Assembly (NCBI GenBank): GCA_951406725.2
Contig: OX597822.1
Coordinates: forward strand, 23,746,001-23,810,000
Reading direction: 5' to 3'
From: Octopus vulgaris
Lineage: Eukaryota
Length of the DNA stretch: 64,000 bases
The position numbers and the translations under genes are program-made. The notes below the pieces were generated by a model. It searched no databases. It saw only the letters and a list, made by a program, of their open reading frames with translations, and was not told the DNA's origin. Of this stretch, positions 13,636 to 25,940 are shown one piece after another (position 1 is the stretch's first letter; each line of letters opens with the position of its first letter).

Positions 13636-14270
13636 GCACATAGTCTGATCAATAAGTATTCGGGCTGTTGCTATCATAACGAAGCTAAAGCACGTAGAGT
13701 AAAGCTGCTTGGCACAGATTGACCTTGAACACTGCTGTGCATGCGCAATAAGTTTTAACGTTCTAGCTCACTTCCGCTGTTTACAGTAGTGCTTGGAAGG
13801 AAGGTATGTGGCGTGTGATCGTCGCATTGAACATGAGAAAGTTGAGCAGAGAATCTGCATCAAATTTTGCCAAAAGCTTGACGCTACTTGCTCAGAAGCC
13901 TACGAAATGATTTTAAAAAAAATTTTCACCGTTCTCGACACAATCAAGGATATCTTATGCAACTGAAACTCGAGTGACTATTTGGTCAACTGAAAGCAGT
14001 TTTGGCACAAGCTTGACAGACACGCGTTTCATACCCAAATATTCAATGATAATGAATTGAACTGAACCGTAACTGATCTCCACATCCTCTGATAATTCAG
14101 GGATAGTGGTTCGAGGATTTGCCCTCACAGCTGCACGCACATCTGCGATGTTTTTCTCACTTCTGTTGGTTGCGGGTCTCTCAGAACTTTCGTCAATATC
14201 GACATTTCTCGGCTATCTTGGAAACGTCTAAACCGCTCGTACACTTGTGTGTGGCTCTTACACTCCGCTC
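13636..14270. mobile_element. mariner transposon 5' fragment with internally inverted transposase segment
   Basis: Plus strand KVEQRICIKFCQKL...EAYEMI (~13838-13912). The continuation SHTQVYE.FRRFQD...VRAAVRANPRTTIPELSEDVEISYGSVQFII..LGMKRVSVKLVPKLL lies on the minus strand (14270-13940). An older copy of the same 5' end is at ~14502-14690. Confidence 0.85.
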
Positions 14271-14326
14271 AGCTTAGCCAGCGGGGTGGCGTCATTTGAA
14301 GGCTAAAACAACGCGAAGCGCATTGT

Positions 14327-14363
<37 letters not shown>

Positions 14364-14374
14364 TCACGGTGGTG

Positions 14375-14409
<35 letters not shown>

Positions 14410-14415
14410 ACACAC

Positions 14416-14505
<90 letters not shown>

Positions 14506-16104
14506 GAGTTCTGATCAAAAAATATCGGGATCGATACTATGGTGGTCACAGAGCTAAAATACGCAGAGGGAAGCCACTTAGCACAAGTTTATCTTGAACT
14601 CAGTCACACATACACATTAAGTTACAACGCTTCGCTCTCGTTGCTTTTAGCAGTGTTTAGAAGTAAAATGTGTAAAGCGTAGACGTCTCACCAGACTACA
14701 GAGGTTCTGCCAGAGTAAATGTGTGTGTGCGCGCGCGCGTCCTTTCGTGGAAAGAGGCCAAGAATCTTTCCAAAAATCAAATCTCAAGATTTGAAGGCCT
14801 CGAGGAAATCCAAGAGCTACCTGATTGTGTTCTATGTCTGCTAAACTTTTAAAAATGTTGTAAGTGGCAATTGTCTTCACTGCGTTGGGTGTGTTCGAAT
14901 TGACTGGTGATTTATTTTTATCGACCCCGAAAGGATGAAACGTAAAGTTAATTTCGCTGTGTTTCGAACTGAGAACGTAAAGAGCAATAACGGGTCTCAG
15001 CTTATCATTTTTGTTCGACATTATAAACGATTCAGCCACTCACTCCACCGCTATCACTTCTAGTATGATATTTTAAATGATTCACGCAGACGATGGACTA
15101 TATTACGCAATAGATCTAACGACCTTGTTCAGTGAAAAAAAAAATTAATAATAAGACGGAAAAGTATTGTATTTACGTTAGCGTGTTGAGGCAAGATGGC
15201 TGAATTGATAAATCCAGTGAAAGAGAGATAGTAAGATCTCTGTTTTGTTTGCTTCCGTCAAGCATTCATTTCCATTGGTGAGTTTGATGTAGCTGATGTT
15301 CACCTTAAACTTACTGATAGAATCATGCTTGATTTAATGGTAAAATGGACACGAACGGTGCAACCCCCACTCCCAGAAAATCAGCTCTTTTCATCTAAAC
15401 CAATAATCAATAATTTATAAATTATCGATTTTTCCCTTGTGTACAAGAGCTCTCAATTTATAGATGAATAAATGGGATGCTGTAATCTTCATGTCTTCCC
15501 TAAATGTATTAGTCTTTTTGCTTTTTGTTGGTGGCGATGGATATCCTTTTAAAGGCTATAATAAACACCATCTTATTTCTAAGCTGTCACATGGTATATT
15601 TACGTCCAAATGATATCTTAACGGCCATTTAATATTTTATATCCACTAAATAACTCTCTTTTACCATACGATATTTCATAGTATCGACCCTCAGTTTCGT
15701 ATCTCTCTTATTCTGTTAAATTTGTCTTTCCTTCCTACGGGAATCGAGAAAATAAATATACGTAATATACGATACCATGCCATGCTATAATCCTTAACTA
15801 CTTGATGTAGTCGTGGTGTTGCTGTCCCGACATGATATACGACGTGTCCTGGGCAACTTTTAGACCTAGTGGGGCCTATCTCTCTATTGTACTTTTACAT
15901 TATCTCATCACTTCATCGACAAAGAAACACCAACAAATGATGTTACATATTCCGAAATAAAATCATACACTACTGCTTTCCTTTTCAACATTAGTGCCTT
16001 TTTACGAATCTTTCCTCACACTCAACAAAGGGCTCAGGAATATACAACGCAATGTTGCAATGTTTATTTCGGCTCCACTTACTCAGTTTTATGTATGTGC
16101 CAGG

Positions 16105-16277
16105 TTAGTTACAGGTATGATAAAAATAAACATTCAGACAAATACATGTCCAAAACACCAGGAGTTACAAGCATATATAACATACAGAAAAGAACACTAC
16201 TAGGCACTGCACATGCCTAAGTCACACAGAGCTGCGCTCGGTAGTGCAGTGAAACCACGTGATAAAGATAAGTCTAT

Positions 16278-16281
<4 letters not shown>
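16105..16281 (+). mobile_element. R4/Dong-clade non-LTR retrotransposon 3' end (family 1) followed by (TAA)n
   Basis: GMIK..SDKYMSKTPGVTSIYNIQKRTLLGTAH, the C-terminus of the restriction-like endonuclease. Confidence 0.7.
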
Positions 16282-16344
<63 letters not shown>

Positions 16345-16777
16345 GGCTTTGTCGAAAATAGAAATGCAAAGATCCCATGGGATTTTATGATTCAGTGCGA
16401 ATAGGAAGCGAATAGAAAACAAACTATGCTGGATCATAAATAAAGCATGCCCAGCTGACAACAAGGTATGCGATAAGGAAGAAAGAAAAGTCGAGAGATA
16501 TGACAGGTTAGCTTGGGAAGTTAAGCAGTTGTGGTCGATGAAAAAGGTAGCAGTAGTACCAATGATTGTCGGAGCCCTAGGAACAGTGAGCAAAAGTCTC
16601 GAGAAGTACGTAGAACAAATAGGGCCTGCAATAAGGGTGGAGTACTTGCAGAAAACAGCACTGCTTGGAACCGCTCGAATACTCCGGAAGGTGCTCGGAA
16701 AATAAGAGTTGTTACCTTAGTTCACTGGAACAGCTGACACTGTAGTACCTCTCCAGCGTTAAAAACTGTGCAAAGGC

Positions 16778-16778
<1 letters not shown>
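16345..16778 (+). mobile_element. R4/Dong-clade 3' end (family 2) within (TAA)n
   Basis: NAKIPWDFMIQC...ACPADNKVCDKEERKVERYDRLAWEVKQLWSMKKVAVVPMIVGALGTVSKSLEKY...LQKTALLGTARILRKVL. Confidence 0.9.
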
Positions 16779-16860
<82 letters not shown>

Positions 16861-16862
<2 letters not shown>

Positions 16863-17225
16863 GATTGAAAAGTACAGACGACTAAAATACGAAATTGCAA
16901 GAATATGGACTATGAGGAGAGTGTCTATCAGTCTAGTAGTTGTAGGGGCACTCGGGCCACTAACAACCAAGTTCGAGAAATATGTCAGAGAAATTGGAAT
17001 TGACATGGGAGCAGAGCAAGCAAAAAAAAAACTGTTTTGCTGGGGACAGCTAGGATTTTGAGATTGGTACATGGAGATTGAATGTCTCCCACGATAATTA
17101 ACAACTAGGTATCAAAGCTTATAACGTGTGGATAGAGACCCCGTGAGACCTCCTACAGCCAGCTGCTGTCTGCTCTCACAGAATCTGGCAGAACAAACAA
17201 GAACGAAAGTTCTGAGAAGTAAAAC
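16861..17225 (+). mobile_element. R4/Dong-clade 3' end (family 3) within (TAA)n
   Basis: KIEKYRRLKYEIARIWTMRRVSISLVVVGALGPLTTKFEKYVREIGI...VLLGTARILRLV. Confidence 0.88.
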
Positions 17226-18250
17226 AATAATAATGATAATAATAATGATTTCAAATTTTGACACAAGGCAAGAAATTTAGGGGAGGGGATAACTCAATTA
17301 CATCGACCCCAGTACTCAACTGGTACTTATTTTATCGACCTCGGAAGGATGAAAGGCAGTCAGCCTCAGCGGCTTTTCAACCTAGAAGTGAAGACGTAAA
17401 TTCTGCTAAGCATTTTGCGCTGCGTGTTAACGATTCTGCCAGCTCGGCGCCTTAGCAATAATAACAACAAAACAACAAGAATAATAATAATAAACACGGG
17501 AAAATAAAATGAAGTAAAGCTTATATATGGTCATAAGACTCACACAAATGCGTTAAACATGACTGACATTTTTATTTTATGTGTCAAAACTAACGTATTT
17601 ACTGCTGATGTAAGGCGTAAGGTGTCGTTGAAAAACATGGCCGTCACACAACACAAACGCTTCTGTATTATTGTTGTTTAGAGAGATATATCATCAAAAT
17701 ATATGACTCCATCGGTACATGCAAAATACTGTTATCAGAAGATTACCATGTTTGCGTGTTTGCTTCTCTTTGCTTGTTTGTTTGTTTGCTTGTTTGTTTG
17801 TTTGTGTGTGTGAGTGTATGTGAATGTGTGTGCGGGTGTGTGTGAGAGAGATAGGGAGAGGGAGAGAGGGCGAGAGTGAGAGTGAGAGAAAGAAAGGGAG
17901 ATCTTATAAAAGAAAGAAAAACAAATCAATACATAAGTAGAGTATATATTATTCATGAGTTTTACAGTTACATAACTCATCTCAAGGGTATATGTGTGTC
18001 TGTTTGTGTGGGCATGCGCATTTGTGTATGTCAGTGTGTGTGTGTGGGCACGCGCGCGTGTGTGTATGTCAGTGTGTGTGTATACACAAATACATAAATA
18101 TATGTATACAAAAACATACGTACGTATACATTTCTCTCTATCTATCTAGTTATACACACACATACACATGTATACAGATACACACCCACCCACTCACACC
18201 CCACATACACACAGATATATATATAGATACACACACACACACACACACAT

Positions 18251-18361
<111 letters not shown>

Positions 18362-18568
18362 CACATACCACACACAAACACGCATACACAAACACGCATA
18401 AATGTATGGATATATATTCTTGATCAGATGAATTTCAAAGTCAAGTTTGGTAAGTCACGTGCACGAAACTTCCGTTCTTTAAGCCACTTATAATTTGCTA
18501 CCGATTAAAAAAAAATTTATATATATACGTAGATGTGTGCGTGCGTGTGTTCGTATGCGTATGTATGT

Positions 18569-18639
<71 letters not shown>

Positions 18640-18654
18640 TATATATATATATAT

Positions 18655-19030
18655 GTAAAGGAATGTTGTTTACAACATTCCAAGATGTAGCCAAACAATT
18701 ATTCTTTTAGGTTCAGTCAAAGTGAAGAATCCTTGACACACCCACTAAACCATGACGCTAAACCACATACTGATTGGTCGAAACACAGTTAGAACTTAAT
18801 TGGCACGCTCACCAAACCTTGACACCAAAGCAACATACTGAATGGTCAAATTACAGCTCATAAGATTCAAGGTGTTTAAAGAGAAAATCTAACCATTTTT
18901 ACTACAGTTGTTAATTGTGGAACACAACTGTCACTTGCATAAACCGGATGATTGCGTAATGCATGAAAGTACGATTTGCAAATAATATAACGTGAAAATC
19001 AGACTTAGTTGGAATTTCATTGACTAATAT
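18655..19030 (+). mobile_element. Old diverged pseudo-LTR related to the 41.8-45.6 kb Penelope family
   Basis: Shares ctgattggtc, actacagt..ttgtg, ttgc..tgcat-GAAA-GTAC and aacgtgaaaatcagac..gttggaatt with 45280-45590. Confidence 0.7.
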
Positions 19031-19670
19031 GTGTGTGTGGCTGTGTGCGTTGTGATGAGAGTTACGACGCCTCTTGCGAGAGATAGACTGGTCCGAGTAA
19101 AATATAATTAATAACGATCCGAGTGAATTCAAAGTTTTAGTGTTTGGAGTCGAGTGACGTTCGTGTTAGTTCGCAGTGAAGTCGAAAAGTGTTGGTTGAT
19201 TAATTCACAAGGAATTCTTTTATTCTTTTATTTGCTTCAGTCATTTGACTGCGGCCATGCTGGAGCACCGCCTTTAATCGAACAAATCGACCCCAGGATT
19301 TATTCTTTGTAAGCCTAGCACTTATTCTATCGGCCTCTTAGGCCGAACCGCTAAGTTACGGGGACGTAAACACACCAACATCGGTTGTCAAGCAATGGTA
19401 GACAACACAGGCACACCAACAAACATATACACATATATATATACACGGTCATTTCTTCTATACTATGTCATTGTATGAAAAAAATTTATAACATTCTTCA
19501 GACATATTGACTCAAATATATATTTTTTAACCTTTTAAAACAAGCCTTCTGTAGTTTTTTCACTTTTTACTATTTTCTATATAATCAACCACGTGCTTTC
19601 ACATACCAACTTTCTTACCTATATATATATATATATATATATTTGTGTCTGTGTGGCTGTATGTATATAT

Positions 19671-19815
19671 ATGAAAGAAGATTTGAAAATGCAATTTTAA
19701 TGATGTTTATTCACGTTTATTCACAAAGTGAATAAACATCTTTAAAATTGCATTTTCAAACCTTCTTTCATGTATATTTCCACTCGTGCAGTATCTTACA
19801 ACTTCACTTTGTTAT
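19671..19815 (+). mobile_element. Fold-back mini-copy of the 37-kb PLE-derived family
   Basis: Inverted arms 19671-19714/19728-19771 plus tail ccactcgtgc...ttgttata, matching the reverse complement of 36983-37072. Confidence 0.8.
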
Positions 19816-20114
19816 ATATATGTAATATTATTTAAAAAATGGTGAGATTTAATGGACAGAAATTGATTTATTAACATTTCAAAAAATATTCATATATTAA
19901 TTTATATCTATTAAATCTCTCCATTTTCTTACTTGATAGTACTTGACATCTATAAAATACCTATTTTTATACTGAGGAGATATTTCTCAACAATATATAT
20001 TGTTATATATACTCAACCAGTGTAACTTGGATGAACCCATTCCTATAAGAGGTTTATATATACATAGTGACTACATACATACATACATACATACATACAC
20101 ACACACATATAGAT

Positions 20115-21622
20115 ATAAATTCTAGGTATTATTCTATTATCAATTCACATAAGGTAAGAATTGCATTCTCTAACACTAGAAATCTATCGCAAATTATTGC
20201 TTCCCATAATAACAAGCTGCTAAACAAAGATTCTTCACCTGGGAGTTCCAACACTATTCTTAACAATTCCAACCAAAAATACAATAATAATAATAGAAAT
20301 AGTATTGATAGTACCAACATTCGTAGCAACATTAGTGTTAGCAATGATAATATTAATAACAGAATTAGTCGGGTTAATAACAGTGGAAGTGTTGATGGCA
20401 ACAACAACAACAACATTTCTATTGTCAGTGATAATGCCGGTTATAGTACAATTAATAATAATAACAATAAAAGAAATAGTCTAGTAGTTAATGCTAGCAA
20501 TAATATAAACAGTAATCATAACAATAAAAACTCCGTCTTGATCTCGGAGAAATACCCTAACAGATTAGAGTTCTTGTCCAGTAATTCCAAAATGAAAAAT
20601 TCCATTTACCAGTGTAAAATTTCTTACGGTACCGATGTCTTCTTTTATATTGGTGCGACAACTTCTCCATTGTCCCAGAGAATTTCCAACCATTATTCAA
20701 CTTTCCGAGATAAGAGAAAACAACATAGTACAGGACTAAGTAAATTAGTTTGGCGTCTTAAGGACAACAATATAACTTTCAAGCTGGATTGGTCCATATT
20801 ATCTGTATCCTTTCCTTTTGATAAGGGCAGGAAATATTGTTGCATCTGTAATTCTGAACTCTTCTATATCCTTTTCGCCAAATTCCCCTTGGTAAACACA
20901 ATAATAGAAAAGTCCTATAGATGTAAACATTGGCAAAAACACACCTTCCACTCATATAAATAATAAATAATATAGATAACCTCTTTGGTTTTAATAATTA
21001 CTTTCACGTCTACACCACTACCGTAGACAAATGCTTCCTCTCTATTCTGTTGCATCAAACATTAAATATAGTTGGCGTATGTTTATCTCTTTCTCTCTAC
21101 CTCCCCCCCTCTCGCTCTCTCTACCATGCGCAGAATCAAACACACAGACACAAATTTCTCACATTAATACTATATATATTTGACAATTGTCCCTCCCACA
21201 CATACATTTGCAAACACACACACACAGACACAGATGCAGTTATATACACACACTCATACACACACTCAAACACTCAAACTCATTAACAAAACACACCCGT
21301 CAATCCCCATACATACAGCATACATACTGTCCCCTTCCTATTTTTTATAACTTTCTCCTTCCATCCAATTTTGACGTCATTGCTTATAACGGATTATTTT
21401 AAATAAATACTCATTATCACTGTGGAAACCATGTAGGCAGACGGTAAGAAGCTTTTGTTCGTCTTGAGGCTGATAGAGGTTCCTTGTATTTCCTGATGAG
21501 AAGACGGCATAATGCAACCTTCATTCCTTCGAAATTAAGAGTATGCAGTCTACGAAACATATGTCGAAAGTAAAGGAATTTTGTTAAAATCTTCGTTCGA
21601 CTCCATTCTTTTCATTTATTCA
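20115..21622 (+). mobile_element. Naiad-like Penelope element 3' part: GIY-YIG ORF (to 20963) and 3' UTR with hammerhead
   Basis: KVRIAFSNTRNLSQIIASHNNKLL...NSIYQCKI..FFYIGAT..LSQRISNHYSTF..STGLSKLVWRLKD..DWSIL..CCICNSE..RCKH. Subgroup assignment is inferred from remembered motifs. Confidence 0.85.
21489..21569 (+). ncRNA. Hammerhead ribozyme, canonical core, extended stem II
   Basis: tttc-CTGATGA-gaagac.gcata...tatgc.gtctac-GAAA-CATATG-TC-gaaa; predicted cleavage after 21565. Confidence 0.85.
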
Positions 21623-21647
21623 TATATATATATTAACAGTAATGGTA

Positions 21648-21975
21648 TGCCAGCGTCCCCAAAGTCCATCCCCTCCTCACCGTGGTGGGGAGCTGGCAAC
21701 GGGTAGTGTCAGAGCTATGCCGTCGGGAACTTCGGTTCCTGGTAGGGCCACCCAAGGCGGATTGGTCTGACACCGAGTGGTATTAGGGCCACAACCCGGC
21801 AGACGGGGCTCTGGTGAAAATCCTCGAAGTGTCTGTTTCGGCAACCGGCGACTCCTCGGACAATCTGCTGCAAACAGGATGTCCCTACATGCGGGATTGT
21901 TGGGGACCGCTTGTGAAATTCATATTCCCACGAAACTTCTTCCACTGCCATGGTTCGAGATGCCTCGATGGTGGT
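21648..21975 (+). mobile_element. GC-rich 5' UTR fragment of an RTE-type LINE
   Basis: gagctatgccg...gtagggccacccaaggcgga resembles the conserved RTE/BovB 5' UTR motif gagccatgccgtgtagggccacccaagacgga. Confidence 0.65.
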
Positions 21976-22019
21976 AGAAGAAGCCGACTCAACGCGCCCA
22001 TGGTGACTGTCGCCACAAG

Positions 22020-23105
22020 TACATGTAAGTATGACAGCAAAAGAACGAATGAGACCTCGATATTATGTAAATAGAGGAATTTATCTGTAATATAAAATGT
22101 GACAATTATTCGGTTGCATTTTTTTATTGTCTTATAGCTGACGAGATGCCGAAGCAGATTTCTGCCCCGACATCCGAAACTCGGAAGGTGAGAATGAATG
22201 GAAGGCCAAGAAATGTGAAAGAGAGGGAGCGAAAGAAAGAAGAGTGGAAAGAACGAAGTAAGTGTGAAGGGGCTGTCTTTAAGCCCTTCATTGTTTAACA
22301 CACGTTAGAAGTGTTTCAACACAGAGAAAAATAACTACGCGGACTACATCACATATGCTGGTAGAGTAAACAGGGAATTCGAGAAGTTCAAGCTGGACTA
22401 ATTAACGCCAGATATATTGAAATGCCTGTTTTTTTTTACAAAGAGACTTACTACCGGAAAGGACGCAAAAGTTAGAACTAGAATTCTTGCAAAGCTGGAA
22501 CAAAACCAGGATGTCAGAAGAATGTGAAAGGATAGTCAAATTAAGACACGACATAGAGGAAATTGAACGTAAAGATTGTTTCCAAGTAATGTAAGTGCGA
22601 AATAGAATAGAGATAAAGTGCTTTCTAAAAAAAACACGACAAAAATCAGGAATCAGGAAATGTGGGGGTATACACCTGAAGAAAAATTGCCCATTTAAAA
22701 AAGTGGAGTGCTTTCGTTGTGGTAATATAAGACATGTAATGACACACTGTAGAACGAAGATGACAAAACATCAGAACAAAGGAAAAAGAATAAACAGTAT
22801 GTGATTGGAAGAAATTGGTAATATGAGGATGAGGAAATTCATGAAGGTGAAAATCAGAAATACAAGTGTTAAAATGCAAAAAATATTAAATTGTTCGAAA
22901 AAAAAACTCAAAAAGTGAGGTAGGGTGAATAAAAAAATTATTGCTAAATAAAATAACATTTCCTTAGAAAAACTTAAAAGGGGAGATGCTGTAGGGAATT
23001 AGTAATAATGGTACACCCGTCTCACGTTACGAATGGAATAACATAGTGACTATAAGTAAAGAGAAGTACGTGAAGTACGAGAGTACGTAGTAGGTGGTCA
23101 GAGAT
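22020..23105 (+). mobile_element. Internally deleted Ty3/gypsy (Mag-like) remnant: gag with two zinc knuckles, protease start, PPT and LTR start
   Basis: SLFNTR.KCFN...DYITYAGRVNREFEKFKL..LTPDILKCL...VRTRILAKLEQ; CGGIHLKKNCPFKKVECFRCGNIRHVMTHC; purine tract aaaaggggaga followed by TGTAG at 22991. Confidence 0.8.
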
Positions 23106-23132
23106 AGTCATGTCTTTACTTGTTTTACTAAG

Positions 23133-23214
<82 letters not shown>

Positions 23215-23300
23215 TATACATATATATATATACATATACATATATATATATATATATATATAAAAATTGATCAAAATAAAAACATGATGCGAAGGATTCA

Positions 23301-23378
23301 GCGGTACATATGTTTCGGGCCTTTATTAGACAGATTTATAACAATGCATAATGTATGTCTGTGGTCTTCTTCAGCCGC
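23301..23378 (-). ncRNA. Hammerhead ribozyme (inverted copy)
   Basis: Reverse complement: gcgg-CTGAAGA-agacc...ggccc-GAAA-CATATG-TA-ccgc. Confidence 0.8.
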
Positions 23379-23946
23379 GCACAACAGCTTCCACAAGGAC
23401 ATGTGTTACATCAAAAATTCTTGGTTGGGGATGCAAATCCTCTCATTCGCGTACGACATAATGCGGCAGCAGCATAGAATTGAAGCGTCCATCTCTTTCT
23501 TCTCTCAATGTAGAATGAGGAAAATTGGATGTTGAAGTAATGTAAATAAATAAATACATATATAGACGTGAAGATGGAGGGGCGAGAATTCAGGACGAGG
23601 GATAAGAAATGTATAAAAAGTGTAAGTATAGAAAAATATAAAAATGTAGAGCATAAAGATATAAAGAGATATAAGGAGATGTAAAGGGGGTATAAAGAAT
23701 ATAAAGAAATATAAAGAAATAGAAATAAATGTAAAGGCATAAGGTTATAAAGTAAAAATAGAAATAGAAATAAAAGTAAAAAAAACCTGATAAAAATGTA
23801 AAAAAATATAAAGATAAGGGATGTATAGAGGTTACGGACCAACAATTCTATGCTGCTGCCGCATTATGTCGTACGCGAATGAGAGGATTTGCATCCCCAA
23901 CCAAGAATTTTTGATGTAACACATGTCCTTGTGGAAGCTGTTGTGC

Positions 23947-24024
23947 GCGGCTGAAGAAGGCCACAGACATACATTATGCATTGTTATAAATCTGTCTAAT
24001 AAAGGCCCGAAACATATGTACCGC
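23947..24024 (+). ncRNA. Hammerhead ribozyme, canonical core
   Basis: gcgg-CTGAAGA-aggccacaga...tctgt...ggccc-GAAA-CATATG-TA-ccgc. Confidence 0.85.
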
Positions 24025-24122
24025 TGAATCCTTCGCATCATGTTTTTATTTTGATCAATTTACTCCACCACCTACACCACCAAACGGTATGCACAGGTGC
24101 TTATAATTATCAAGTACTCATA

Positions 24123-24389
<267 letters not shown>

Positions 24390-24640
24390 CACATAGGGCG
24401 GCGAGCTGGCAGAATCGTTAGCACGCCGGGTGAAATGCTTAGCCGTATTTCGTCTATCGTTACGTTCCGAGTTCAAATTCCGCCGAGGTCGACTTTGCCT
24501 TTCATCCTTTCGGGGTAGATAAATTAAGTACCAGTTACGTACTGGGGTCGATGTAATCGACTTAATCCCTTTGTCTGCCCTTGTTCGTCCCCTCTGTATT
24601 TAGCCCCTTGTGGGTAGTAAAGAAATATATATATATATAT

Positions 24641-25277
24641 AAACAAAATATTAAGGAATGACCCTGAGAAGGTCGTTCGACTCACTTGAAAAGAGCAGCT
24701 AAACTCAAAACCGCAAAAAATAGTAGTAATTCTGAAACTAGAGGAAAATAAAAAACATTTATCCCCTTCAAACTTTGTACCCTGCAAGGTTTCAACATCT
24801 TCACGCAATCAAATTTAATTAAATTAAATTAAATCCATTTACGCTTGGCTTGTCTCGTCAGCAAAGTCACCAAAATATGAGGCAGATATATATACACGAG
24901 GCTACACCATCTAAGCCTCGAGTCTATATATCGTAAATTTTCGAATTCACCGTAATCGCGCCATCTACTCCGCAGCAAATATAAGCTGCTGATACAAATT
25001 TCAGAATTAGTCAAAAATTAATTTTTTTTTTTTTTTTTTTGGGGGGATCGCTTGCATACGACCCGACTTGCCGTTCGGAGTGACGTGCTTAGTAGAGCTC
25101 ATTAATCAATCAATATAAGGGTAACAAAAAATTCAAGAAAAATTTTCTGCCACCAGCGGTCAAGTGAGAAAATAGAAAATAGTCACAGACTATATGATAC
25201 ATTCAACAAAATATTAAGGAATGACCGCTGGTGGCAGAAAATCTTTCTTGTATTTTTTGTTACCCTTATATTGATTG

Positions 25278-25279
<2 letters not shown>
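24641..25279 (-). mobile_element. PLE-derived non-coding element with partial tandem and inverted termini
   Basis: aacaaaatattaaggaatgacc occurs at ~24642 and ~25205; inverted arms ~25105-25162/25222-25279; (TA)n flanks. Confidence 0.7.
24772..24867 (-). ncRNA. Hammerhead ribozyme, canonical core, 10-nt near-palindromic helix III
   Basis: actttg-CTGACGA-gaca...tgtt-GAAA-CCTTGCAGGG-TA-caaagt, with a 6-bp stem I. Confidence 0.85.
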
Positions 25280-25310
<31 letters not shown>

Positions 25311-25717
25311 TACATATATCCATACACACACACACATACACACACATATACGACGCTCGTACCCACGCGTGCGTATGTGCACAACTATATTTGAACTACA
25401 ATTGTTAGAGGAAAGACTAGTAATTGTTCTGCATCACTGAACTGTATGTTCAAACCCTGCTGGCATCAACTTTGCCTTTCATCCTGCGGAGTTGATACAC
25501 TAATGTACCAGTCCAAGACATGGCATTGGCAGAATTGTTAGAAAATTTCACAATATACTTTGCAGTATTCTTACAGTTTTTTAAAAAAATGTTTTAGCAG
25601 TTGAGCAGACTTGTCGATGTATCTAATCAACATAATGGTTTCTTACAAAACAGAAATGACGGGACACACGATTGAAGAAAACACAAAACCACATTTCTAA
25701 TCATTCAAAAAAATTTT

Positions 25718-25940
25718 CTGCGTACCGTGTTCTCTTCTCTGAGGATCCGACTAGGATGACGGCTAGTGTTGGTCGACCACATGCCACATGGTCACGGCAG
25801 ATGAGGAGGAACTCTCACGGAGTTGGAGACTGAGTGAGACACTGCTCAGAGGCTGGCGCCGGGACGACCCAAGCAAATACTGCGAAATGGTGGATGCAGA
25901 AATGCACTGCAACGGCGCATGTCCCGACAACTGGCCTTAC
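25718..25940 (+). mobile_element. Old RTE-type LINE 3' fragment
   Basis: AYRVLFSEDPT...VGRPHATWSRQM, matching the GRPxxxW motif at the RTE C-terminus. Confidence 0.5.
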
